From Thermoproteota archaeon (lineage in GTDB: Archaea > Korarchaeota > JAOZGF01 > JAOZFZ01), in contig JAOZFT010000010.1 in NCBI GenBank assembly GCA_027492035.1, positions 1 to 34,249 on the forward strand: a stretch of 34,249 nt of DNA, given 5' to 3'. The notes under the pieces were generated by a model. It was not told where the DNA came from. It saw nothing but the letters and a program-made list of their open reading frames with translations, and searched no databases. The position numbers and the translations under genes are program-made. This document shows, in pieces, positions 9,555-17,973 of the stretch (the stretch's first letter is position 1; each line of letters opens with the position of its first letter).

Positions 9555-10691
9555 ATGAGTTTCACCCTAACACCGGAACAAGAAATGGTTCAGAAAATGG
9601 TTAGGGAGTTTTCTGAAAACGAAATCAAACCCTTGGCTGCTGAAGTAGATGAAAAGGCTGAGTACCCAGCTGAACTTTTGAAAAAGCTAAGTGAACTAGG
9701 TTTGTTCGGGATGCTTGCACCTGCAAAATATGATGGAGCTGAAACAGACTACGTCAGTTTCGTTGTTTCAATCGAGGAATTAGCAAAAGCATGTGCCTCA
9801 ACAGCTGTTAAAGTAAGTATACATAATGTTTTAGCATGCTACCCTATTTCAAAATACGGAACTGAGGATCAGAAAGAAAAGTACTTGAGAGATTTAGCTG
9901 TAGGAAAGAAAATAGGTGGAATGGGAGCAACTGAAACTGTTTCAGGTTCAAACTTCAACGAAATCTTGACTACAGTAAAGAAAGAGAATGATGCATTTAT
10001 TTTAAATGGTAGAAAAGATTACGTAGTGAACTGTTTAGACGCAGAAGTTTTCATAGTTTCAGGGAAAGATTCAGATGGAAAAATAAGTGTTTTTATTGTG
10101 GACAGAGATATGGAGGGGGTAATAATTGGGAAAAAGAAAGGGTTGATGGGGTTGAGAGCTGCTGGAACAGCTTCTCTAACCCTTGACTCAGTAAAAGTTC
10201 CGAAAGAAAACTTGTTAGGTGAAGAAGGGAAGGGAGAGAAAATCCTTACTGACTCATGGGAAAAGATGAAACTTGCAATTTCAGCAGTGGCGGTAGGAAT
10301 AGCCCAAGCAGCTTTCGAAGAAAGTGTAAATTACGCAAACCAAAGGGTTCAATTCGGACAAGTGATAGGTAAATTTCAGGCTATACAAGAAAAGATTGCA
10401 GACATGGCTATAAAAATTGAGGCAGCAAGATGCCTCCTTTACAACTTAGCAAAAGAAATAGAGAAAAAGAGAGGAGTGGAGAAAGAGCTAAATATTTTGA
10501 AAGTTTTTTCCTCAACAATAGCTGTAGAAACAGCTAAAGCATCAATAAGGGTTTATGGAGGGTATGGATACATAAAAGATAACCCTTTAGAGAGGTTTAC
10601 CAGAGACGCTTGGGGAACAAGAATAATTGCAACACCCATCACAAAATTAAAGGCTTTAATTGCAGAAAATATTCTAGGTTACAGGAAGTAA
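9555..10691 (+). CDS. Acyl-CoA dehydrogenase family protein (degenerate active site)
   Basis: FTLTPEQEMV N-terminus, ATETVSGSN, LNGRK, MGLRA, RVQFGQVIGKFQAIQEKIADM, YGGYGYIKD...ERFTRDA; GAGGAG RBS. Confidence 0.92.
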   Translation: MSFTLTPEQEMVQKMVREFSENEIKPLAAEVDEKAEYPAELLKKLSELGLFGMLAPAKYDGAETDYVSFVVSIEELAKACASTAVKVSIHNVLACYPISKYGTEDQKEKYLRDLAVGKKIGGMGATETVSGSNFNEILTTVKKENDAFILNGRKDYVVNCLDAEVFIVSGKDSDGKISVFIVDRDMEGVIIGKKKGLMGLRAAGTASLTLDSVKVPKENLLGEEGKGEKILTDSWEKMKLAISAVAVGIAQAAFEESVNYANQRVQFGQVIGKFQAIQEKIADMAIKIEAARCLLYNLAKEIEKKRGVEKELNILKVFSSTIAVETAKASIRVYGGYGYIKDNPLERFTRDAWGTRIIATPITKLKALIAENILGYRK

Positions 10692-10944
10692 CACCCTGGA
10701 AAAGTAAAATTTTATTCCTACTCATACAATTGCCAAGCCTTTTCCCAACCTTTTTTTAAAAAATTAAGGTTTTTTGAAATAGATCAACCCCCTTTCCTCT
10801 TGAATTTCTCTCACCCACTAAAACCAAAAGCTGCACCTCAAAAATTAAGAAATATAACCCTTCTCAAAAATGATCGACTCTTAAATATTTTTGAAAAAGC
10901 AAAAATCTGGAAATATGGACGAAAAAGGTGGAAATGTTAAGGAA

Positions 10945-11847
10945 ATGTTAAAGGTTGTTGATTTCCATTTACATCCGTTACCGCGAATTGTTTCAATTGA
11001 AATGATACTTAAAGAAATTAAAAAAGCAAACGTAGTTTTAGCTGTCCTTTTAGGTTTAGATGTAGACCCAAAAAACATTTTAAAGAGGAAAATCAAGAAA
11101 TTAATAATTAAACAGACGCAAGAAGTTTTTGTTTGGAACTACGAAGAAATATATTCACAAATGAAAGAAATCCTCACTCTAGGAAAAACAAGCAATGAAT
11201 ACGTGGCAGAAATTGTTTCAAGTTACCCAAGAAGATTTGTAGGGATAGGTTCAATAGACATAAACAAAGGAGGCAGATACATAAAAAATAAACTGCAAGA
11301 AATCGTTAAACTAGATTTAAAAGGGGTTAAAATACTTCCAACCCTTCAATTTTTCAACCCGGAAGGAAACAGAAACCTGAAAAAACTGTTTAACCTACTG
11401 AATAAAGAATCACTTATATTAATGATCCATTGCGGATGTGACCCTGGGCCTTGGGAGATGGAGGAATTTTGCAGAGTAGGGAACCCTAAGCTTTTTGAAC
11501 CCTTCATAAAAAAATCCCATAATCCGGTTGTTTTAGCCCACAGTGGATCATACAGTGCCCATGAACCAAAGATTTACTTAAAAGAAGCTTTAGAAATAGC
11601 TGAACAGTATGAAAACGTTTGGCTTGACTTATCAGCTGTAACTTATTTAGTTGAAGAGGAGGAAGTAGTTGAAGAGTTTCGAAACCGGAATTTAATGGAT
11701 AGGTTACTGTTCGGTTCAGACTACCCGGTTTTCAAATTAGGCATAAAAGAAACTGTAGAAATTATTGAAAGGTCGCCTGTATTAAGCCAGAGCGAAAAAA
11801 GGGATGTGCTTTTTGAAAACGCAAAGAAACTATTAGAAAAAATATAA
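10945..11847 (+). CDS. Amidohydrolase_2 family (TIM-barrel metal-dependent hydrolase)
   Basis: DFHLH, KGVKI.P, IHCG, LAHSG, WLDLS, LLFGSDYP and ENAKKL motifs. Start ATG 10945 or 10915. Confidence 0.9.
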   Translation: MLKVVDFHLHPLPRIVSIEMILKEIKKANVVLAVLLGLDVDPKNILKRKIKKLIIKQTQEVFVWNYEEIYSQMKEILTLGKTSNEYVAEIVSSYPRRFVGIGSIDINKGGRYIKNKLQEIVKLDLKGVKILPTLQFFNPEGNRNLKKLFNLLNKESLILMIHCGCDPGPWEMEEFCRVGNPKLFEPFIKKSHNPVVLAHSGSYSAHEPKIYLKEALEIAEQYENVWLDLSAVTYLVEEEEVVEEFRNRNLMDRLLFGSDYPVFKLGIKETVEIIERSPVLSQSEKRDVLFENAKKLLEKI

Positions 11848-11987
11848 GACCTTTTAATGAAAAATGAACAACTAGGAGAAAAAATTCAATTTAAACACAT
11901 GAAAGAAAACCTAGGAAAAGAATCAACAAAAACCCTCAAAAACTTTACATAAGAAACGGGATTAAGGTGCTTTATTCAAAAGAAAGA

Positions 11988-12088
11988 AGCCAGGGTCGGG
12001 ATTTGAACCCGAGTAAAGCCGGTTTATGCCTTTTTTTATCTGCAGCCGGCCGCGTCACCATTTCGGAAGTTTTCTCCGCCACCCTGGC
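11988..12088 (-). tRNA. trnC: tRNA-Cys(GCA) with a 16-nt intron at 37/38 (12024-12039) and a probable 11-nt D-loop intron (12062-12072)
   Basis: Minus strand: GCCAGGG/CCCTGGC acceptor stem, U73 discriminator (Cys identity), GCCGG/CCGGC anticodon stem with CT-GCA-G, TCGGG-TTCAAAT-CCCGA T arm. The 101-nt gene gives a 74-nt cloverleaf once both inserts are removed. CCA is not encoded. Confidence 0.93.
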
Positions 12089-12121
12089 TTTTCAAAAAAG
12101 TTGGGAGTTTCAATTTCCGAG

Positions 12122-12415
12122 TTAATTAACCTTATTCTTCCCTGTTTTTATTTTGTTTATTTCTTTTAAAAGTTCTTCCTCGTTCAAGACGCCGATTATT
12201 TTCTTTTTTTTGTTTATTATTATAGTGGGTATTACGTAGATTTTGTTTTTGAAAGAGAGCTCTTTCCCTTCTACGCTGTCGTAGTTTATTTCTCTTACTT
12301 TTATTTCTGGATGTTTGTCAGCGAGCCTCCAAGCTATGTTTAATAGATACTGACTCTCTATATTACTCATTGAGTAAAAGATTTCTAGTAAAACTTCTTT
12401 TTTCATGGTGACCAT
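12122..12415 (-). CDS. Thioredoxin/glutaredoxin-fold small protein lacking CxxC
   Basis: LEIFYS...IKVREIN...VIPTIIIN..IIGV..EEEL matches small archaeal thioredoxins including the cis-Pro, but contains no Cys. Alternative start 12406. Confidence 0.7.
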   Translation of the reverse strand: MVTMKKEVLLEIFYSMSNIESQYLLNIAWRLADKHPEIKVREINYDSVEGKELSFKNKIYVIPTIIINKKKKIIGVLNEEELLKEINKIKTGKNKVN

Positions 12416-12589
12416 CTTTTTGAGCAGCTCCCAGCTTTTTTATTAAGTGAGTGGTTTTCGGGGGATATTTTATGGAAAACTTTTATTTTTCTGTTTATCT
12501 AAATGTTTCTTTTTAGAGTGGTTTTTATTTTTTAAATTTTGCTCCCTCTTCTTTCTTTTTTAAATTTGGTGTATGGGAGGGGTTTGGTT

Positions 12590-13351
12590 GTGGAAAAGGT
12601 TGGTGTGGTTAATATTATCCCCTTGCGCTTACCATTGGTTAAGGAAGGAGATGATTTAGCTAAGCTTATTGTAGATTCGGTGAGAGATACTGGTTCTAGA
12701 GTGGAGAATGGTGATGTCTTTGTTGTAGCCCACAAAATCGTTTCTAGAGTTGAGGGTAGAGTTATCAGCCTTAATGATATTAAGCCCAGCTTTTTCGCCG
12801 CAACCCTTGCTGAGTATGTCGAGAAGAGTCCTGAGCTCGTTGAAGTTATCCTTAGGGAGTCGAGAAAAATCGTGAAGGTTAAGGGGAGGCATTTGATAAC
12901 TGAAACTAGGCATGGCTTTGTTTGTGCTAATGCAGGCGTTGACTTGTCTAATACTCCCGGTGAGGATTCTGTTACTCTTTTGCCTTTAGACCCTGATGGG
13001 TCTGCTGAAAGAATTAGAGGGGGAATTTTCCGGTTAACTGGCAGAAAGGTAGCGGTTATAGTTTCTGATACACATGGGAGGCCTTTTAGGTGTGGAGTTG
13101 TGAATGTGGCCCTTGGCGTGGCTGGGTTGAATCCTTTGTTTAGTTACGTTGGGAAAAGAGACCTTTTTGGGTACAGGATGCAGCATACTTTAGTGGCTGT
13201 GGCTGATTTATTAGCTTCTGCAGCAGCGCTAGTCATTGGGCAGTGTAGTGAGGGAGTGCCCGTTGCCTTGATTAGAGGTTTTGTTTTTAGTGATGAAGAG
13301 GGATCGGGTAAGGACCTAATTCGGCCTGAAGAGCAGGATATTTTTAGGTAA
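12590..13351 (+). CDS. cofE: Coenzyme F420-0:L-glutamate ligase
   Basis: GDDL, HKIVSRVEGR, ETRHGFVCANAGVDLSN, LLPLDPDGSA, VIVSDTHGRPFR, VAD, EGVP..IRG, DIFR. GTG 12590 follows GGAGG. Confidence 0.94.
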   Translation: MEKVGVVNIIPLRLPLVKEGDDLAKLIVDSVRDTGSRVENGDVFVVAHKIVSRVEGRVISLNDIKPSFFAATLAEYVEKSPELVEVILRESRKIVKVKGRHLITETRHGFVCANAGVDLSNTPGEDSVTLLPLDPDGSAERIRGGIFRLTGRKVAVIVSDTHGRPFRCGVVNVALGVAGLNPLFSYVGKRDLFGYRMQHTLVAVADLLASAAALVIGQCSEGVPVALIRGFVFSDEEGSGKDLIRPEEQDIFR

Positions 13352-13361
13352 AGAGCTAAAG

Positions 13362-14525
13362 CTAAGTTAATTTGGCATTTATTTCAACAATGTCTCCATC
13401 TTGCAGAGAGTAATCTAACCCTACTCTACCTCCATTTATTTTGGTTTTGTTCCTCCAGATTTTAGCGTATTTAAAGCTTGTTAGTAGTTTTTTGCCTCCT
13501 ATTTTTTTGGCTAAGTCACGTATTGTTGAGTTTTTCCGCATAAAGACTGGTTCTCTGGAGACTTCTTTTTTAGGAGGTTTTGTGTAGACTCTTATAAAGT
13601 TAAATTGTTTGAGGATTAGATTACCCAGTTGAAAGGTTAACTTTTTCTGGGTGAAAGATGCTGGTAGGATAAGGAATCTGTTACCGTACTTCTTTTTAAG
13701 TTTTAGGTATTGTTCTTTGGTTCCAGGGAGGTCTCCTTTATTGGCTATTATAAATGCTTTTTTATAGATTATGTTCTCATCCAGCGCTTCAGCGAATTCT
13801 TCAGGAGTTACTTCCTTTTTTATTTCGATTATTACGTTTGTAAAACCAACTTCCTTCAATAATTGGAAGAGGTTTTCTTTTGACCCTCTAAAGAAACTTG
13901 GGTTTATAACTTTAACTCCTCCTTTTTGGGTTTTTTTGACTATTACCCCTGGCTTGTTTTTGTTTACTTTTATCCCTAGGTAGTCAAGTTTTTCAACAGT
14001 TTCTTTTAATTGTTTAATTGGGTTTTGGGTTAAATCTACCAAGATAATTAATCCTTCGGAGCTTCTTATAATGGAGGAGTAATGTTTAGCAGAAGAGAAG
14101 CTTGTGAACATTAGGGAGGGAATCTCAATTAATTGAATTTTTCCACCCTTATAATCCATTATTCCAACTACTGGTTTGGTTGTTGAGAATGGAGAAGAAT
14201 TCGGTTCTTCTCTTATGTTTGTGAAAAGTTTGAGAAGAAATGTCTTTCCTGTGTTTGGGAAACCAATTATTGAAATCCTTAGGCCTTGTTTCTTTATTCC
14301 CTCTTCTTTACCTAAAACTTTTTTTTGTTTGAAGCGTTTCTCAGCTGTTTCTCTCCTAAGCTTTGCAAGGCGTGTTTTAACATTCGCCCTTAGTTTTTCG
14401 GTTCCCTTATGTTTAGGTATGAGAGAGAGGAATTTTTCTAGGTAATAAATTTTTTCCTCAATTGTTTTGGCTTGTAGATATTTAGCTTGCATTGCCTTGG
14501 CTTCAGCGGTGAGGTTTACAGGCAT
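13362..14525 (-). CDS. DRG/OBG-family GTP-binding protein with C-terminal TGS domain
   Basis: MPVNL...IPKHKGTEKLR N-terminus, GFPNTGKT, PFSTT, ANKGD, IRVYTKPP...FKYAKIW...RVGLDYSLQDGDIVEI. Confidence 0.92.
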   Translation of the reverse strand: MPVNLTAEAKAMQAKYLQAKTIEEKIYYLEKFLSLIPKHKGTEKLRANVKTRLAKLRRETAEKRFKQKKVLGKEEGIKKQGLRISIIGFPNTGKTFLLKLFTNIREEPNSSPFSTTKPVVGIMDYKGGKIQLIEIPSLMFTSFSSAKHYSSIIRSSEGLIILVDLTQNPIKQLKETVEKLDYLGIKVNKNKPGVIVKKTQKGGVKVINPSFFRGSKENLFQLLKEVGFTNVIIEIKKEVTPEEFAEALDENIIYKKAFIIANKGDLPGTKEQYLKLKKKYGNRFLILPASFTQKKLTFQLGNLILKQFNFIRVYTKPPKKEVSREPVFMRKNSTIRDLAKKIGGKKLLTSFKYAKIWRNKTKINGGRVGLDYSLQDGDIVEINAKLT

Positions 14526-14845
14526 TATTAACCCCATTTTTAAGGGTTCCTTAGCTTTAATCTTATTTTTTAAACAGGGGGGTTAGGAAGGGTAAAGATT
14601 TCCTTTCCTTAATAAAAAGGTTTTTCAAGTTTTAAATTTTTATTTTGTCAAGTTTTCACGTTTTGAATTCATTATTGACCAGGTACATGCTGCATTTTTC
14701 TCTTTTTTACAGAAAATTGTGGAGAAATTTATTTCTGGAAAGGTTTTTAGGGAAAAGAATTTAAAAAAGGGGGCAAGGTTAGGAATTTTAAACCGCTGGA
14801 AACTTTTTCACAATTTTCGCGATTGTTTCTTTATGGTTTAGGGAA

Positions 14846-16636
14846 ATGTTTGAAATAAAGGCTAAGGAGGCTTTGGGGAGGATAGGTAAAATTTACACTA
14901 AGTCAGGGGTAATTGAAACTCCTTATTTCTTCCCGGTAGTAAACCCTAACTTGGAAGTTATTCCAGTAAAGGATTTTAAGAAAGAATTTAAGGTTGAGGG
15001 ACTGATAACGAATTCCTACATAATTTGGAGAAATCCTGAAACGAGAGATTTAGCTTTAAAGAAGGGGATACATGAGTTTTTAAGGTTTAAAGGGGTGGTA
15101 ATGACTGATTCAGGTGCTTTCCAACTTTACTCTTATGGAGACATTGAAGTTTCCAATGAAGAGATCGTGAAGTTTCAGGAGAGAATAGGTTCAGATGTGG
15201 CTGTTATCTTAGATGTACCTGTGTTTGATGAAAGAATGAAAGTGTTGAAGGGAATAAAGGAGACAGTTTCGAGGGCTGAAGAACTTAAGAAAATAAAGCT
15301 TGCAAAAGATGTTTTGTGGGTAGGACCGATTCATGGAAGCATATACCCTGACCTGGTTAAATATTCTTGTAAGGAGATGTCAAAATTTGATTTCGACATA
15401 TACGCAATAGGTACTGTTGTTCCTTCACTTGAAAACTACGACTTCCACCAGATTCTGGATTGCCAAGTTATACCAGCAAAAAGGAATTTACCAATAAACA
15501 AGCCTGTGCATTTGTTTGGTGCAGGTCACCCTATTTTCTTCGCCTTTGCTGTAGCTTTCGGATGTGACCTTTTTGACTCGGCATCTTATGCACTATACGC
15601 TAAAGCTCACAGGTATATGACAATGCAAGGAACAAGGAAACTTGAAGAACTTCCATATCTTCCCTGTTCGTGTCCAGTTTGTTCCAAATACACGGTTAAT
15701 GAATTGTTAGAGCTTCCTGAGGAAAAAAAAGTTAGAAGAGTAGCTGAACATAATCTTTGGGTTATTCTACAAGAAATAAAAACAATTAAGGTTGCAATTA
15801 AAGAGGGAAACCTTTTAAATTTGATTCAGGAAAGGGCGAGAATTCACCCTAAACTTCTCTACTGCCTAAATCTTTTTAAGAAATACAAGAGATATATCGA
15901 GAAATATGACCCAGTTGCAAAGGAAAGAATGTTTATTTATTCTGGAAGGGAAAGCCTCCACCGTCCTGAAGTGTATAGGGCCAAGAAAAGAATTAAAGAA
16001 AGAGTTTCCACTTTGCATGTGGTGCAGTTCCCCCCTTTCGGTCAAGTTCCCTCAGCTTTAACAGAAACTTACCCTTTCAATTTAGCTTTTAAACCAGAGG
16101 AAGGTGAGGCAAAGATAAGGAGGGAGGAAGGGAGAAATTTGACAGAAAAAGGGAAGCTGAGAGATGTAGAGAAAATAAAGGCAATTATAGATTACCAATA
16201 TGGGAGGGGAGTAGGTGGGAAAGTTTTTGGTGGAAACATTTTTATTGAAAAATCAAAAAGGACAGGCAGAATTAGGAGGGTTTATGACGGAAATACCCTT
16301 TTAGGCACATTGGTTCCAGGGAAAGGGTTGTTTGTTCTTAAAGGAGATGGTGTCAAAAGATTGTTCCAAGCCTTACCGAAGGGGAAGTACTCGGTTATTG
16401 TACAGGAAGAAGCTATACCCTTCTTGAGGAAGAATAGAAGCTTATTCGCGAAATTCATTATTGAATGCGATGATGAAATAAGGGCTGGAGATGAAGTTCT
16501 ATTGCTTAACAAAAAAAATAAATTGATAGGGTATGGTAAAACACTTCTTAACTGTGAAGAAATGAAAAAGTTTACAAGGGGAGTGGCTGTTAAAGTAAGG
16601 GAAGTCTTTAGTGAGGAGGAAGGGAAGAATGAATAA
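14846..16636 (+). CDS. tgtA: Archaeosine tRNA-guanine(15) transglycosylase with PUA domain
   Basis: ETPYFFPVVNP, MTDSGAFQL, HLFGAGHP, DLFDSASY, Zn site CSCPVC...EHN, C-terminal PUA (FAKF...IRAGDEV...GVAVKVR). Confidence 0.96.
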   Translation: MFEIKAKEALGRIGKIYTKSGVIETPYFFPVVNPNLEVIPVKDFKKEFKVEGLITNSYIIWRNPETRDLALKKGIHEFLRFKGVVMTDSGAFQLYSYGDIEVSNEEIVKFQERIGSDVAVILDVPVFDERMKVLKGIKETVSRAEELKKIKLAKDVLWVGPIHGSIYPDLVKYSCKEMSKFDFDIYAIGTVVPSLENYDFHQILDCQVIPAKRNLPINKPVHLFGAGHPIFFAFAVAFGCDLFDSASYALYAKAHRYMTMQGTRKLEELPYLPCSCPVCSKYTVNELLELPEEKKVRRVAEHNLWVILQEIKTIKVAIKEGNLLNLIQERARIHPKLLYCLNLFKKYKRYIEKYDPVAKERMFIYSGRESLHRPEVYRAKKRIKERVSTLHVVQFPPFGQVPSALTETYPFNLAFKPEEGEAKIRREEGRNLTEKGKLRDVEKIKAIIDYQYGRGVGGKVFGGNIFIEKSKRTGRIRRVYDGNTLLGTLVPGKGLFVLKGDGVKRLFQALPKGKYSVIVQEEAIPFLRKNRSLFAKFIIECDDEIRAGDEVLLLNKKNKLIGYGKTLLNCEEMKKFTRGVAVKVREVFSEEEGKNE

Positions 16637-17117
16637 TTTCTCTCTTTATGATTTCTTTATCAAAATGGTTTATTTTTTAACACCTATGTACGTAGCTAAC
16701 GGTTTTGCTTTATTGACAGGGGGAGGGGTTCCATTAGACATGAACAAAACCTTTTTCGATGGCAGGAGAATCCTAGGCGACGGGAAAACATTTAGGGGGA
16801 CAGTTTTAGGGGTGGTTTTCGGTTTCTTTTCAGGGTTTCTGTTAAAAGAGCCTATTGAGGGAATTATTTTGTCAATTGGAGCAGTTTTCGGTGATATAGT
16901 TGGCTCTTTCATAAAAAGAAGGCTAGGAATAAAAAGAGGAGAGATGGCGCCGCTGCTTGACCAATTAGACTTTTATCTCATGGGCTCTTTCCTTTACAGT
17001 CTAAAATTTAATCTTCAATTAAACGTGTTTTTAACAGGTTTAGTAGCAACCCCTATTGCACACTTAATAGGAAACTTAATTGCTTTCATAACCAAAGCCA
17101 AGGATAGACCCTATTAA
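16629..17117 (+). CDS. carS: CDP-archaeol synthase (CDP-2,3-bis-(O-geranylgeranyl)-sn-glycerol synthase)
   Basis: PMYVAN, PLD...DGRRILGDGKTFRG, GDIVGSFIKRRLG, PLLDQLDF; overlaps the tgtA stop. Confidence 0.94.
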   Translation: MNNFSLYDFFIKMVYFLTPMYVANGFALLTGGGVPLDMNKTFFDGRRILGDGKTFRGTVLGVVFGFFSGFLLKEPIEGIILSIGAVFGDIVGSFIKRRLGIKRGEMAPLLDQLDFYLMGSFLYSLKFNLQLNVFLTGLVATPIAHLIGNLIAFITKAKDRPY

Positions 17118-17172
17118 GATCCCATTAAGGACAGTGTTACTTCTTTAAACACCCCCACTAAATCTCTCACAT

Positions 17173-17949
17173 TCACTTCAGTATTTTCCTTCCATAAGTG
17201 ATGTAACCAGTGTGAGCTATCATTCTGCCGGCGGGCCTGATCTTTTTCTCATCCACCAAAATATTTCTGGTTAAGCATTCAACTGTTTCAATCTGGAGAA
17301 AGCCTTCCTCCTTCATAGTCAAAACTGTTTTTTGGACTTGATTAAGTGAAGGGCTGAACGAAAAAAGAAATTTCCCAGGTTTTAGGACTTCATGCATTTT
17401 TTTGATAACTAACCAAGGTGAAGCTATGTCTATAAAACCTGCATCAAAAAGATTTTTCTCTACTTCAGCTTCCACGAAATCCTGTATTCTTAATTCAACA
17501 TACTCTGTAAGGTTTGCCATTTTCAAATTTTTTAAAGCAGCCTGGGCAAACTTTTCTCTTTTCTCAAAAGTTAAAACTTTACCTTCAGGTTTAACAATGT
17601 GTGCCAAGAAAGCAGTTAAACTTCCTGAACCTGTACCGCATTCAATAACTTTGGATCCGCTCTTTATTCCGCTGATAATTATCATTAAGCCTGCATCTTT
17701 AGGGTAAATTATTTGGGTTGGCCTTCTAAATTTTTTAAGCAAGTCAGGAAGGGTTGGTTGAAGAATATAAAACTTTATCCCAAGCCGTGTTTTCACTTCG
17801 CCACCGAAGTTTTTACCTATTACCTCGTTAGAGTCGATTACTCCGTTGTGAGTATGTACTAATTCATCTTTTTTAGTTTTCACAATAATTTTTTTCCCTC
17901 TTTCGTCAACAAGAACTACGTAGTCCCCTTCTCTTACTTCTCCGCTCAA
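17173..17949 (-). CDS. trmI: tRNA (adenine-57/58-N1)-methyltransferase
   Basis: THNG, RPTQIIYPKDAG, ECGTGSGSLT, DIASPW, SPSLNQV, HTGYI motifs. Confidence 0.95.
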   Translation of the reverse strand: MSGEVREGDYVVLVDERGKKIIVKTKKDELVHTHNGVIDSNEVIGKNFGGEVKTRLGIKFYILQPTLPDLLKKFRRPTQIIYPKDAGLMIIISGIKSGSKVIECGTGSGSLTAFLAHIVKPEGKVLTFEKREKFAQAALKNLKMANLTEYVELRIQDFVEAEVEKNLFDAGFIDIASPWLVIKKMHEVLKPGKFLFSFSPSLNQVQKTVLTMKEEGFLQIETVECLTRNILVDEKKIRPAGRMIAHTGYITYGRKILK

Positions 17950-17973
17950 GTTTTCTTCACTTTACTTATTCAT

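Noticed and set aside
11850-12121. tRNA as an integration site for a mobile element
   Set aside because: No integrase was found, and no duplicate of the tRNA 3' end was noticed elsewhere in the window.
12089-12590. ORB/mini-ORB elements near the skew switch (e.g. TTTATGGAAAAC at about 12469-12480)
   Set aside because: Only partial resemblance, no inverted pair or G-string, and no cdc6; not supportable as a feature.
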